A stretch of 64,000 bases of DNA from the NCBI GenBank assembly GCA_964016885.1, contig OZ024743.1, positions 67,828,001 to 67,892,000 on the forward strand, given 5' to 3'. The notes beneath the pieces were generated by a model, which made no database searches, was not told the DNA's origin, and worked only from the letters and a program-made list of their open reading frames with translations. The translations under genes were made by a program, and so were the position numbers. The stretch comes from Eledone cirrhosa. Taxonomy: Eukaryota. Below, one piece after another: positions 28,121 to 43,022 of this stretch; within the stretch, counting starts at the first letter, position 1; each line of letters starts with the position of its first letter.

Positions 28121-29003
28121 ATATAATTGCATAAACAAATACGTACTTAAAAACATAAGCTTTCACACACACACATGGAAACCTTCACATACATACTGTT
28201 GCACACACACAAAAACTAACGCACATTCTCAAACACATCCTTGCACGGAAACACATGTACATATATATATATACACACGAATACATATCATTTAAAGATA
28301 TTTTCCTTTCTCTCGTGAAGATCATTTACTGATAATAAAAGTGATTTGCGTGTTGTTATTACTGTTGTTATTGCTGTTGTTATTTTACTAGTCGCTATAG
28401 TGTGTTGTTGTAGGAGGGGGGGGGGGTCTTTTATGTTATTTACAAGAAGAAAGATGTAAGATGGCTGAGGCTAAAGGGAGATAAGTAAGACTTTAGCTTA
28501 ACACAATAACAGAAGTTGTTATCGTAGGTATGTGAGGTGGGTGGTGGGTGTATGGTGTTGGCGGCGTAACGTGGAATGGAGGAGTTGGTGATTACAATGG
28601 CAGGAGGGAGGACTGGCAGGTGGTAGAAGAGCATCAAGTTAATTAAATTGATATCATATGATGCGCAACTATCTCTTATATATATATATATATAAATGAA
28701 AGGTATAGAAAACATTGTAGCGAAAAGCAAACAGTATTCCATAATATATATATATATATATATATATGTGTATGTGTGTGTGTATATATATGTGCGTGTA
28801 TGGGTGTTTTAGGTGTATGCAAATGTATCTGTGTATTTGTATATTTGTATATTTATATCTATTTCTCTATTTCTCACTCAAGCACTCTCTCTCTCTTTTT
28901 ATCTACCTATCTATCTATCTGTCCATATTTCCATTTATTTTTTTCTATTTATCTATCTATCCATCTATCTGTTTATTTATATCTGTCTCTCTATCTCTCT
29001 AGC

Positions 29004-29111
<108 letters not shown>

Positions 29112-29192
29112 TGTGCTCCTATACATATAATTCATGCACGCACAAGTATAAACAGGCAAGGTTTATGATGAACTACACATTGTTTGTATGTA

Positions 29193-29265
<73 letters not shown>

Positions 29266-29416
29266 ACACACACAAGTATGCATCTGTGTATGTATGTGTA
29301 TATATAGTTAATTGTCTATATAATTGTATATGATTCTCTATGATGCTACTTCAGAAGTTCATATTCTTGGAAATGTCAATAATCGTGTACATATCTTAAC
29401 ATCATTTGACTTCTAT

Positions 29417-30140
<724 letters not shown>

Positions 30141-30419
30141 ATAAATTGTATTTGTGTTTCTCACGGATTCCATTTTGTTATATTGTTTGGGATATAGATT
30201 TTAGTGTTCGATGCATTTGTTGTTGTTGTACTTGTTGTTGTTGTATCTGTTGTTGTTGTATATACATATATACATATACATATATATATATATACTTATA
30301 TATAAATATATATGTATATCAATATGTAGAGACATATACGTACATACACCCCCACATATATATTAAATGAAAGCGAGAGAAAGAGAGAGAATTTATATAT
30401 ATATATATACATATATATA

Positions 30420-33345
30420 TATCTTTAAGTCGTTTGGAAGCCTCGACAATGCAAATGGGTAAATTTCCGAGTAACAAGATCCGGTGGTGGAGAGAGAGAT
30501 GTAAGTGGGTGTACGTTGAGATGCGTGGTGTGTATAAGATGTGTAGAAGAATGAAGGAAAGAGTATAAAGAATAACATAAAATAACAACACGAGAGAGAG
30601 TTGCCTTGGGAGAGATTTAATTGTCCCTAAATATTTCGGATTCACATCCATCAATTGGGGTTTTTTTCCGGGGTGGGGGAAAGGTTGTCTGTCGGAAAGG
30701 TGCGAAACGCGTTCTCCGCTGTTTGTTGTTTTGAATATCTGAGGTATTCAGCAGAGCGCGCGTGTGCGTGAAATGGGGTCGGTCGGGCAGAGGTCAGCGG
30801 CCGAATGAGGGAGTGGGGTGGCGCTAGCTGTCAGTCCATGTTCTGCCTGTTTGTTAAATGTTACTGTGTGTGTGTTGTTGTCTCGCTTGTGTGTGTGTAT
30901 GTGTGCGTGTGTTGTTGCCTTGTTCCTCTGTATTGGCAGTGTAGTATGTTCGTATGGTGGAATGCTACTGTGTGTGTGTGCGTGTGTGTGTGTGTAGTTT
31001 TCCCGTTTGTGTGTGTGTGTGTGCGTGTGTTGTTGCGTCGTTTGTTAACTTAAACCAGCCATCTCATCTCGCTTCTCTTGGATTGATTGTTTATTTGCGG
31101 TTGCAGGGGTTTGATAAAAAGCGCTTCCTTGATACGTAACGTGCCGACGTTTCTTTCAGTCGCTAGAATTGTGACAATGGGCCTTCCGTCTTTGTTTCCG
31201 CATTTGTCAATGTGTTTCCGGAAATACGAGGCCCTGGTTTTAGTGCGTTCCTTGATCCGGATGTGCAAAGGTCGGATTGTGCTACCTATGTAGTATTGGT
31301 TGCACCGGTCACATTCTATCTTACATTCTATCTTTGTGTGAAAACACACAAACAGGGACCCGACTTGAAGATCAGGCCCATCGTATCGAGCGTGGAGGGA
31401 CCACTCTACGAAATTCCATGGCTCCTTGCCAGAATACTCAAATCCATCTTAGACACCTTGCCGGGACACGTTAACAGCTCCGAGGAGGTGTTGAAGCGCC
31501 TGCATCAAATGGATCCCGACACCAGAAGGAATAACAGATATGCCTTCAGCCTTGACGTAGTCGCTCTCTCCTCCTCGGTCCCGGCACTCCCGGCCGTCAA
31601 TATACTGATGGAACGCATCTAATCCACCGACCTACACTGCTTCGGGCTCACCACCACTGACATCCACCAACTCCTATCCATCGTCGTCGACAACACCTAC
31701 TTCGGATTCCTTGACCAAACATACCAACAAACCTCGGGATTGCCCATGGGATCAAGCCTGTCGGGTGTGCTAGCGATCTCTTACATGGACAACCTCGAGC
31801 GCAAGGCACTCAACGCCTGCCACCCCAACGCCGTAGCCTTTTTCTCAAGGTACGTGGACGATATCCTCATCCTCACATCTTCCCAAGACACGGCGAACAG
31901 AATCTATGAGACGTTCAACAACACGGACGAGAACATTGACTTCAGTGTTGAACACCCCAACGAAGACGGATCACTTGCCCCCCTCGACTTCCGAATCAAC
32001 ATCACGGAACAGGGAAGGATCCACTGCAACTTCTATCAAAAGGCAGCCTGCAGGGGCCTGTTCGTTCAGTACAAATCCGCCCTCCCTAACAGTGCCAAAA
32101 GCGATTCCTCGAGGTGCTGGAAACGAACGGGTACCCTACCTCGCTCACAGACAGAATAGGAGATACCAGACACAAGAGACAGAGAGGCACCAAAGGCAAG
32201 TGCTTTCTTAAAATGCCACACCTGTGCGAGAATACTACCAACGCTATCCGCAAGGCTATACGGCGGGAGGGCCTCGACATCCACCTGGCCCACTCGGGCC
32301 CCTCCCTGCGAAGATGCCTCTCCAGGAAACCCGGGAAATCTACTTACGCATGCTCCCTCAGAGACTGCCCGATACGCCATGCGAACTGCTGCCTACGCAC
32401 ATACGTTGTGTATAAGATAGAATGTGACAGGTGCAACCAATACTACATAGGTAGCACAATCCGACCTTTGCACATCCGGATCAAGGAACACACTAAAACC
32501 AGGGCCTCGTCTTTCCGGAAACACATAGACAAATGCGGATACAAAGACAGAAGGCCCATTGGCACAATTCTAGCGACTGAAAGATACGTCGGCACATTAC
32601 GTATCAAGGAAGCGCTTTTTATCAAACGCCTGCAACCGCAAATAAACAATCGATCCGAGAGAAGCGAGATGAGATGGCTGGTTTAAGTTAACAAACGATG
32701 CAGCAACAGACGCACACACACACACACACACACACACAAACGAGACAACTACACATACACACGCACACACACACAGTAGCATTCCACCATACGAACATAC
32801 TACACTGCCAATACAGAGGAACAAGGCAACAACACACGCACACACACACACAGTAACATTTAACAAACAGGCAGAGAATGGACTGACAGCTAGCGCCACC
32901 CACTCCCTCATTCGGCCGCTGACCTCTGCCCGACCGACCCCATTTCACGCGCACGCGCGCTCTGCTGAATACCTCAGATATTCAAAACAACAAACAGCGG
33001 AGGACGCGTTTCGCACCTTTCCGACAGACAACCTTTCCCCCACCCCGGAAAAAACCCCAATTGATGGATCTGAATCCGAAATATATAGGGACAATTAAAT
33101 CTCTCCCAAGGCAACTCTCACTCGTGTTGTTATTTTTATTTTACCCTTTATAATCTTTCCTTCATTCTTCTACACATCTTATACACACCACGCATCTCAA
33201 CGTACACTCACTTACATCTCTCTCTCCACCAACGGATCTTGTTACCCGGTGAGTTACCCATTTGCATTGTCGAGGCTTCCAAACGACTTAAATATATTTA
33301 CTTATTATTCCACAATGCTTCAAGCAAACTTCAATACTCTCATAT
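30420..33345 (+). mobile_element. 5'-truncated Penelope/Poseidon-type PLE with inverted arm 30420-31322
   Basis: KTHK..IRPIVS, FSLDVVAL, GLPMGSSLS, RYVDD, VVYKIECDRC..YIGSTIRPLHIRIKEH, EALFI..QPQIN; 30420-31322 is the reverse complement of 32414-33298. Confidence 0.93.
31336..32686 (+). pseudogene. Penelope/Poseidon RT-GIY-YIG remnant with a stop, deletion and frameshift
   Basis: ORF fragments 31212-31622, 31740-32159 and 32114-32686. Confidence 0.88.
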
Positions 33346-33353
33346 ATATATAT

Positions 33354-33425
<72 letters not shown>

Positions 33426-33492
33426 CCAGCGTGAATCGCATTTCGGCGGGTAGAAAAAGCGAAACGTAACGCAAATATATATATATATATAT

Positions 33493-33950
33493 ACAATATT
33501 AAATAAATGGAAAACTATATTTATAAAACCATATTTATTTCATTATATATATTTCGGGGATATCATATTAACAATATGCTATGCCTTCGTCAGACAAAAT
33601 ACAATATAAACAGTTTTATAGATAAATATATTCGACATACCGTAATAAACATCAACTTCATTCGAAGAGGTTTACTGCTAGCGTAAACCTCTTCAAATGA
33701 AGTTGATGTTTATTACGGTATGTCGAATATATTTATCTATAAAACTGTTTATATTGTATTTTGTCTGATGAAGGCATAGCATATTGTTAATATGATATCC
33801 CCGAAATATATATAATGAAATAAATATGGTTTTATAAATATAGTTTTCCATTTATTTAATATTGTAAATATACTCCAAATATTTGTCGAGTGCTTTTATA
33901 TCAGTTATAAATATTTACTAGTTGTAACCCAACAATTTTAAATATAACTT

Positions 33951-33957
<7 letters not shown>
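33493..33957. mobile_element. Near-perfect fold-back PLE end, related to family A, with two intact HHR cores (33538-33599 minus, 33759-33820 plus)
   Basis: ~185-bp arms around a centre at ~33679; UUUUGU-CUGAYGA-AGG..CCC-GAAA-UAUAUA-UA^AUGAAA; ~90-nt tail on the right arm only. Confidence 0.88.
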
Positions 33958-34005
<48 letters not shown>

Positions 34006-34415
34006 TGAAACGTTCGTTAGTAACACGAAGTCTTTATTCATCAGATCAGACGCCATATTGGCTGTTATGGAGCGATACGTTTGATCCAAGATTCAGATTG
34101 CACAAAAAATAGCTCTACTTTCGATACTTTTAGTATTTTCTCTGAAAATATTCAAGACATTGAACCTCTGATCTGCCTATTGAAGCTTTGAAAAGTTCCA
34201 GTAAATACTGACCAGTGGTTTCTCTAGTGGGGAGATAGATCACATATAAATTATTCCCCCCCCCCCCCCCCCCAGGACACGAAACCTTTTTTACATGGCC
34301 ACCAACCCCATGATTAGAGGAGGTCAAATTTGTGAAAATTTATCACGACTCACTTTTTGTTCATTTTATGTGTTTCTGTGAGAGACAGTGTTATATAAAA
34401 CAGCCCCACATCTCA

Positions 34416-34416
<1 letters not shown>

Positions 34417-34482
<66 letters not shown>

Positions 34483-37400
34483 CGGTGGTGGTGGTGATGG
34501 TAGTAGTAGAAGTATTAGTAGTAGTAGTAGTGGTGGTGGTGGTTGCGGTAGTAGTAGTAGTAGTGGTGGTGGTGGTGGTGGTGGTACTATTAGTAGTAGT
34601 AGTGGTGGTGGTGGTGCTGGAAGTGTTAGTAGTAGTAGTAGTAGTTTTAGTAGTAGTAGCAGTAGCGGTGGTGGTGGTGGTGGTGGTAGTGGAAGTGGTA
34701 GTAGTAGTAGTGGTGGTGGAAGTGGTAGTAGTAGTAGTAGTAGTAGTGAAGTTGTTGCTGGTGTTGTTGTTGGTGATGTTGTCGGTGTTGTTGGTGTTGT
34801 TGTTGGTGACATTGTTGGTATTGTTGTTGGTGATGTTGGGGTTGTTTTCGGTGTTGTTGGTGGTGTTGTTGTTGCTGTTGTTGTTGGTGTTGTTGTTGGT
34901 GTTGTTGTTGGTGTTGTTGTTGGTGTTGTTGGTGTTGTTGTTGGTGACGTTGTTGGTATTGTTGTTTGTGATGTTGTTGGTGTTGTTGTTGGTGTCGTTG
35001 GTGATGTTGGTGGTGTTGTTGTTGGTATTGTTGTTGGTGTTGTTGTTGGTGATATTGTTGGTGATGTGGTTGGTGTTGTTGTTGGTGATGTTGGTGTTGT
35101 TGTTGGTGTTGTTGTTGGTGTTGTTTTTGGTGTTGTTGGTGTTGTTGTTGGTGACGTTGTTGGTATTGTTGTTTGTGTTGTTGTTGGTGTTGTTGTTTGT
35201 GTTGCTGTTGGTGTTGTTGTTGGTGTCGTTGGTGTTGTTCTTGGTGTTGTTGTTGGTATTGTTGTTGGTGTTGTTGCTGGTGATGTTGCTGGTGATGTTG
35301 TTGTCGTTGTTGTTGTTGTTGTTGGTGCTGTTGGTGTTGTTGTTGGTGTTGTTGTTGGTGTTGTTGTTGGTGTTGTTGTTGGTGTTGTTGGTGGTGTTGT
35401 TGGTGATGATGTTGTCGTTGTTGTTGTTGTTGTTGGTGTTGTTGGTGTTGTTGTTGGTGTTGTTGTTGGTGTTGTTGGTGATGTTGTTGTCGTTGTTGTT
35501 GTTGTTGTTGGTGTTGTTGGTGTTGTTGTTGGTGTTGTTGTTGGTGTTGTTGTTGGTGTTGTTGTTGGTATGGTTGTTGGTGTTGTTGGTGGTGTTGTTG
35601 GTGATGATGTTGTCGTTGTTGTTGTTGTTGTTGGTGTTGTTGGTGTTGTTGTTGGTGTTGTTGTTGGTGTTGTTGGTGGTGTTGTTGGTGATGTTGTTGT
35701 CGTTGTTGTTGTTGTTGTTGGTGTTGTTGGTGTTGTTGTTGGTGTTGTTGTTGGTGTTGTTGTTGGTGTTGTTGTTGGTATGGTTGTTGGTGTTGTTGTT
35801 GGTGTTTTTGTTGGTGTTGTTGGTGATGTTGTTGGTGATGACGTTGGTGTTGTTCTTTGTGTTATTGTTGGTTTTGTTGGTATTGTTGTTGCTGTTGTTG
35901 TTGGTGTTGGTGTTTCTGTTGTTGTTGGTGGTGTTGTTAATGTTGTTGTTGGTGTTGTTGTTTGGGTTGTTGTTGGTGTTGCAGTTGGTGGTGTTGTAGG
36001 TGTTGTTGGTGTTGTTGTTGGTAATGTTGTTGGTGTTATTGTTGGTGTTGTTGTTGGTGGTATTGTTGGTGTTGTTGTTGGTGATGTTGTTGGTGTTGTT
36101 GTTGGGGATGTTGGTGACGTTGTTGGTATTGTTGTTGGTGTTGTTGTTTGTGTTGTTGTTGGTGTTGCTGTTTGTGGTGTTGTAGGTGTTGTTGGTGATG
36201 TTGTTGGTGATGTTGTTGGTGTTATTGTTGGTGTTTTTGTTGGTGTTGGTGTTGTTGTTGGTGTTGTTGGTGGCGTTGTTTTTGCTGTTGTTGTTGGTGT
36301 TGTTGTTGGTGTTGTTGTTGGTGATGTTGTTGGTGTTGGTGTTGTTGTTGTTGTTGTTGGTAGTGATGTTGTTGGTGTTGTTGTTGGTGTTGTTGTCGGT
36401 GTTGTTGATGTTGCTGTTGGTGATGTTTTTGGTGTTGTTGTTGGTGTTGTTGTTGGTGTTGTTCTTGGTGTTGTTGTTGCTGATGTTGTTGGTGATGTTA
36501 GTGTTTATTTGGTGTTGTTGTTGGAGTTGTTGTTGGTGTTGTTGGTGTTATTGTTCTTGTTGTTGTTATAGGTGATGTTGGTGTTATTGTTCGTGTTGTT
36601 GTTGGTGTTGTTGTTGGTGTTGTTGTTGGTGTTGTTGGTGTTGTTGTTGGTGACGTTGTTGGTGATGTTTTAGGTGTTGTAGTTGGTGTTTTTAGTGTTG
36701 TTGTTGGAGTTGTTGTTGGTGTTGTTGTTGGTGATGTTGTTGGTGTTGTTGTTGGTGATGTTGTTGGTGTTGTTGTTGGTGTTTTTGTTGGTGTTGTTGT
36801 TGGTGTTGTTGGAGTTGTTGGTGTTGTTGTTGGATATGTTGTTGGTGTTGTTGTTGGTGATGTTGCTGGTGTTGTTTTTGGTGATGTTTGTGTTGTTGGA
36901 GATGTTGTTGGTGTTGTTGTTGGTGATGTTGTTAGTGTTGTTGTTGGTGTTGTTGTTGGTGTTCTTGTTGGTGTTTTGGGTGTTGTTGTTGGTGATGTTG
37001 TTGGTGATGTTGTTGGTGATGTTGGTGTTCTTGTTGGTGTATGTTGGAGATGTTATTGGTGTTGTTGCTGGTGTTGTTGTTGGTGTTGTTGTTGGAATTG
37101 TTGTTGGTGATGTTGCTGTTTTTGTTTTTGGTGGTGTAGGTGTTGTTGCTGGTGTTGTTGGTGATGTTGTTTTTGGTGATGCTGTTGCTGTTGTAGGTGA
37201 TGTTGCTAGTGTTGTTGGTGATGTTGTTGTTATTGTTGTTGGTGTTGTTGTTGGTGATGTTGATGGTGATGTTGGTGTTTAGTTGGTGTTGTTGTTGGTG
37301 TTCTTGTTGGTGTTCTTCGTGTTGTTGTTGGTGATGTTGTTGTTGGTGCTGCTGTTGATGTTGTAGGTGATGTTGTTGGTGCTGTTGTCGTGTTGTTGTT

Positions 37401-37830
37401 GGTGATGTTGGTGTTTTGTTGTTGTTGGTGTTGTTGGTGTTGTTGTTGGTGTCACTAACAACATCACCAACAACAACACCCCAAACACCTACAACAACAC
37501 CAACAACATCACCAACAACACCAACAACATTATCTACAACATCAACAGCTTCACCAACAACAACTTCACCAACAATAACACCAACAACAGCACCAACATC
37601 CTCACCATCACCACCGACAACAACAACACCAATAACAACAACAACATCAACACCAACAAGAACACCAACAAAACACCGACGTCACCAACAACATCACCAA
37701 CAACAACACCCAAAACACCAACAACAACACCAACAATATCATCAACGACACCAACAACATGATCTACAACATCAACAGCTTCACCAACAACAACATCACC
37801 AACATCAACACCCAAAACTGAAACAACAAC

Positions 37831-37862
<32 letters not shown>

Positions 37863-40519
37863 GAACACCAACAAAATACCAACTTCACCAACAACATCAC
37901 CAACAACATCACCAACAACAACACCCAAAACACCAATAACAACACCAACAATATCATCAACAACAGCAACAACATCATCTACAACTATTTTTTTAGTGTT
38001 GTTTTTGTTGTTGGCGGTGATCTTGCCGGTGTTATTTTTGGTGATGTTGTTGGTGTTGTTGTTGGGGTTGTTGTTGGTGATGTTGTTGTTGGTGGTTGTG
38101 TTGCTGTTGGAGTTTTGGGTGTTGTTGTTGGTGATGTTGTTGTTGCTGAAGCTGTTGATGTTGTAGATGATGTTGTTGGTGTTGTTGATGGTTATTGTTG
38201 GTGTTGTTGCTGGTGTTTTGGGTGTTGTTGTTTGCGATGTTGTTGGTGATGTTGTTGGTGATGTTGGTGTGTTGTTGGTGTTTCATGTTGGTGTTGATGT
38301 TGTTGTTGTTATTGGTGTTGTTGTTGTTGGTTGTGGTGGTGGTGATAATGTTGGTGCTGTTGTTGGTGAAGTTGTTGTTGGTGAATCTGTTGATGTTGCT
38401 GTTTAGTTGTTGTTGTTGTTGTTGTTGTTGTTGGTGATGTTGTTGTTGGTGATGCTGTTGATGTTGTAGGTGATGTTGCTGGTTTTGTTAGTGATGTTGT
38501 TGGTGTTGTTGTTGGTGTTGATGTTGGTGATGTTGTTGGTGTTGTTGTTGGTGTTGTTGTTGGTGATGTTGATGGTGATGTTGGTGTTTAGTTGGTGTGT
38601 TGTTGGTGTTCTTGTTGGTGTTCTTTGTGTTGTTGTTGGGAATGCTGTTGATGTTGTAGGTGATGTTGTTGGTGCTGTTGCTGGGTTTGTTGGTGTTATT
38701 GTTGGTGTTGTTGTTGGTGATGTTGTTGGTGATGTTGGTGTTTAGTTGGTGTTGTTGTTGGTGTTGTTGGTATTGTTGTTGGTGTTGTTGTTGTTGTTGT
38801 TGGTGGTGATGTTGTGGGTGATGTTGTTGGTGGTGTTGGTGTTGTTGCTGGTGTTATTGTTGGTGAGGTTGGTGATGTTGCTGGTGTTGTTATTTGTGAT
38901 GTTGTTGGTGTTGTTGGAGTTGTTGTTGGTGATGTTGGTATTGTTGTTGGTGTTGTTGTTGGTATTGTTGTTGGTGATGTTCCTGTTGTTGCTGTTGTTG
39001 GTGTTTTTGTTGGTTTTGTTGCTGGTGTTATTGGTGTTGCTGTTAGGGTTGTTTTTGGTGTTGTTGCTGTTGCTGTTGGTAACGTTGTTGGTGACGTTGT
39101 TGATGCTGTTGTTGCAGTTGTTGTTGGTGTTGTTGTTGGTGGTATTGTTGGTGTTGTAGTTGGTGATGTTGTTGGTGTGTTTGTTGGTGATGATGGTGAC
39201 GTTGTTGGTATTGTTGTTGGTGTTGTTGTTTGTGTTGTTGTTAGTGTTGTTGTTGGGGTTATTGTTGGTGAAGTTGTTGTTGGTGAAGCTGTTGATGTAG
39301 ATGATGTAGGTATTGTTAGTGATGTTGTTGGTGTTGTTGTTGGTGTTGCTGGTGATGTTGTTGGTGATGTTGTTGGTGGTGTTGCAGGTGTTGTTGTTGA
39401 TGTTGTTGGTATTGTTGTCGTGTCGTTGTTGGTGATGTTGGTGTTTTGTTGGTGTTGTTGTTGGTGTTGTTGGTGTTGTTGTTGGTGATGTTGTGGGTGA
39501 TGTTGTTGGTGGTGTAGGTGTTGTTTTGGTGTTGTTGTTGGTGATGTTGGTGATGTTGTTGGTGTTGTTGTTTGTATTGTTGTTGGTGTTGTTGTTGGTG
39601 TTGTTGTTGGTGTTGTTGAAGTTGTTCTTGGTGATGTTGTTGGTGTTATTGTTGGTGTTGTTGCTGGTGTTGTTGTTGGTGTTGTTGTTGGTATAGTTGT
39701 TGGTGTTGTTGTTGGTGGTGTTGTTGGTGATGATCTTGTTGTTGTTGTTGGTGATTTTGTTGGTTGTGTTGTTGGTGTTATTGGTGTTGCTGTTGCTATT
39801 GTTGTTGGTGTTGTTGTTGGTGTTGTTGTTGGTAATGTTGTTGGTGACGTTGTTGATGCTGTTGTTGCTGTTGTAGTTGGTGATGTTGTTGGTGTTTTTG
39901 TTGGTGATGTTGTTGGTGTTTTTGTTGGTGATGTTGTTGGTGGTGTTGTAGGTGTTTTGGTGTTGTTGATGGTGATGTTGTTGGTGTTGTTGTTGGTGTT
40001 GTTGTTGGTGTTGTTGTTGGTGATGTTGTTGGTGTTGTTGTTGGTGTTGTTTTTGGTTTTGTTGTTGGAGATGTTGTTGGTGCTGTTGTTGGTGATGTTG
40101 TTGGTGTTGTTGTTGGTGTTGTTGTTGGTGTTGTTGTTTGTGATGTTGTTGGTCTTGTTGGTGTTGTTGTGGGTGATGTTGTTGGTGTTGTTGTTGGTGA
40201 TTTTGTTAGTGTTGTTTTTGTTGTTGGTGGTGATGTTGCCGGTGTTGTTTTAGGTGATGTTGTTGGTGTTGTTGTTGGGGTTGTTGTTGGTGGTGATGTT
40301 GTTGTTGGTGGTGGTGTTGTTGTTGGAGTTTTGTGTGTTGTTGTTGGTGATGTTGTTGTTGGTGAAGCTGTTGATGGTGTAGATGATGTTGTTGGTGTTG
40401 TTGATGATATTGTTGGTGTTGTTGATGGTGTTTTGGGTGTTGTTGTTGGCGATGTTGTTGGTGATGTTGGTGTTTTGATGGTGTTCTTGTTGGTGTTGAT
40501 GTTGTTGTTGTTATTGGCG

Positions 40520-40551
<32 letters not shown>

Positions 40552-41100
40552 GATGATGATGGTGCTGTTGTTGGTGAAGTTGTTGTTGGTGAATCTGTTG
40601 ATGTAGATGATGTTGGTGTTTTTGGTAATGTTGTTGGTGTTGTTGTTGGTGTTTTGGGTGTTGTTGTTGGTGATGTTGCTGGTGATGTTTTTGGTGATGT
40701 TGGTGTTTTGTTTGTGTTCTTGTTGGTGTTGTTGTTGGAGATATTGTTGGTGTTGTTGCTGGTGTTGTTATTGGTGTTGTTGGTGTTGTTGTTGGTGTTG
40801 TTGACGGTGATGTTGCTGTTTAGTTGTTGTTGTTGTTGTTGGTGATGTTGTTCATTTTGTAGGTGATGTTGCTGGATTTGTTGGCGATGTTGTTGGTGTT
40901 GTTGTTGGTGTTGTTGTTGGTGATGTTGATGGTGATGTTGATGGTGATGTTGGTGTTTAGTTGGAGTTGTTGTTGATGTTCTTGCTGGTTTGGTGATGTT
41001 GTTTTTGATGTTGTCGGTGATGTTGGTGTTGTTGTTGGTTTTGCTGGTGTTGTTGTTAGTGATGTTGTTGGTGTTGTTGTTGGTGAGCTTGGTGATGTTG
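34417..41100. repeat. Degenerate (GTT/GGT/GAT)n triplet satellite with an internal inverted block at 37453-37986
   Basis: Direct reading; strand bias flips to AAC/ACC within the block. Confidence 0.95.
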
Positions 41101-41406
41101 CTTATTATACCATTTTCTTTGGAGAAATGTTGGCAACGACGAGATTGTACGATAAGAGCCTATTGACGAGATAAAGTATGGAGAAAGAAAGAAGGTAGAA
41201 TACGGGAGAATAGTACATATATGTGTGTGTCCGTGTGTGTGATTGTGTGTGTGTTTGTTTGTATGTGCGTGGGTGTGTGTGGGTGTGTGTGTGTGTGTGT
41301 TTATGCTTGTATGTGTGAGAGTGTAGTGAGGTGACGTGTACCAAGGAGCTTTAGCTTGCATTTATATATACATGCGTAAACACATATATATATATATACC
41401 TACATA

Positions 41407-41442
<36 letters not shown>

Positions 41443-41795
41443 TGTATTTTTGTATGTATATGTGAATGTATGCATGTATGTACGTCTGTATGTGCGTATG
41501 CAGTATGTGTGTGTATGTATTATGTGTGTGTATGTATGTATGTATTTATGACGTAAAGATTCTTGACACACCACAGAGTATATGAATTAAAGTAACGTAT
41601 CTCGATGTAAACGTTTGATCTGCTGTTGATATTTTTAAAAAATGTAATAAGTATATATATATATATATATATATATACATACATATATATATATAGAGAG
41701 AGAGACATACGTACATAGATATATGTGTGTTTCTGTATACATATGCATACATACACGCATATATATATATGCATGTATACACACACACACACACA

Positions 41796-41898
<103 letters not shown>

Positions 41899-42439
41899 GT
41901 GTATATATATATGTGTGTGTGTGTTTGTATGTATGTTTTTAATTATATATATATATGTATATATACAAATATAACTATATGTATTAAACACATAAAACAT
42001 ATGTTTATATAAATACGTGTATGAGTGTTGTTTGTATGACTGTGACTATGTGTGTGTGCGTGCGTGTGTGTGTGTGTGCGTATGTGTGTCTGTGTGTGTT
42101 TGCGTGTGCTTTTTTACATAGCTGTGTATAAACCTTAATGTGGAAAGAATACACACAATTTTACTCAGGAAAAGTTCACGGAGTAGGACGCATCGGATAT
42201 TTGAGATAGAGGAATAGAAAGTTAATTATTTAAAGCTAAGAAGAGCAACTGTTCAATGTTTAACTGACAGTCACAGTGTTAAATTCATGCTATTTATTAT
42301 ACATCAAATATCTACAGCGTTAGGCAGAAATAATTAATGAAATTTCCATCTCCTTTCTTCCTTCCATAAGAGTTACTGGTCACTCGGTGAACATCTCGCC
42401 ATTTCAACACTTTCCTACATTCCCTACATAAAACTATAT

Positions 42440-42519
<80 letters not shown>

Positions 42520-42676
42520 GCATATATATGTATTATATATATATATATAAGTATATATGTATATATATATATATATATACATAAATATATATATATATAC
42601 ATATATATATATGTATATAATATATATATATATATATAGTAAATATGTATCTATGTATACATATATACATACATAC

Positions 42677-42723
<47 letters not shown>

Positions 42724-42976
42724 ATAATAACAAATATATTAACAAGTAGTTCATTCAAGCTTACATGACAAAACACTTCTGTATTTATTAATTATTTTGT
42801 GATGAGTTCAGAAAATTAGTTAAAGCTATTTATTATGCATTGCGAAAAGCACAATACACCATAACACTTGTCTTGTTTGAGGTCAGGTGAAGATAGATTC
42901 TGTTATGAATGGGGTTTTGTTTCTTTTTTAGAACGTACCGTCACACATATCTAATAATACCCACATACACATACAT

Positions 42977-43010
<34 letters not shown>

Positions 43011-43022
43011 ACATATACATAC

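Noticed and set aside
30685-30712. GAAACGCGU HHR-like half, antisense to the Poseidon ORF (also 33003-33030)
   Set aside because: No CUGANGA core and no convincing stems I or II
34005-34048. CUGAUGA on the minus strand; also AUGAUGA..GAAA at 57898-57940
   Set aside because: Stems do not pair and GAAA/NUH are not correctly placed
34130-34230. Possible minus-strand exon (RETTGQYLLELFKASIGRSE..)
   Set aside because: Short, no recognised homology, weak splice context
34332-36571. 555-aa and 727-aa Leu/Val/Gly-rich ORFs
   Set aside because: A GTT/GGT satellite lacks stop codons by composition; overlapping frames are equally open
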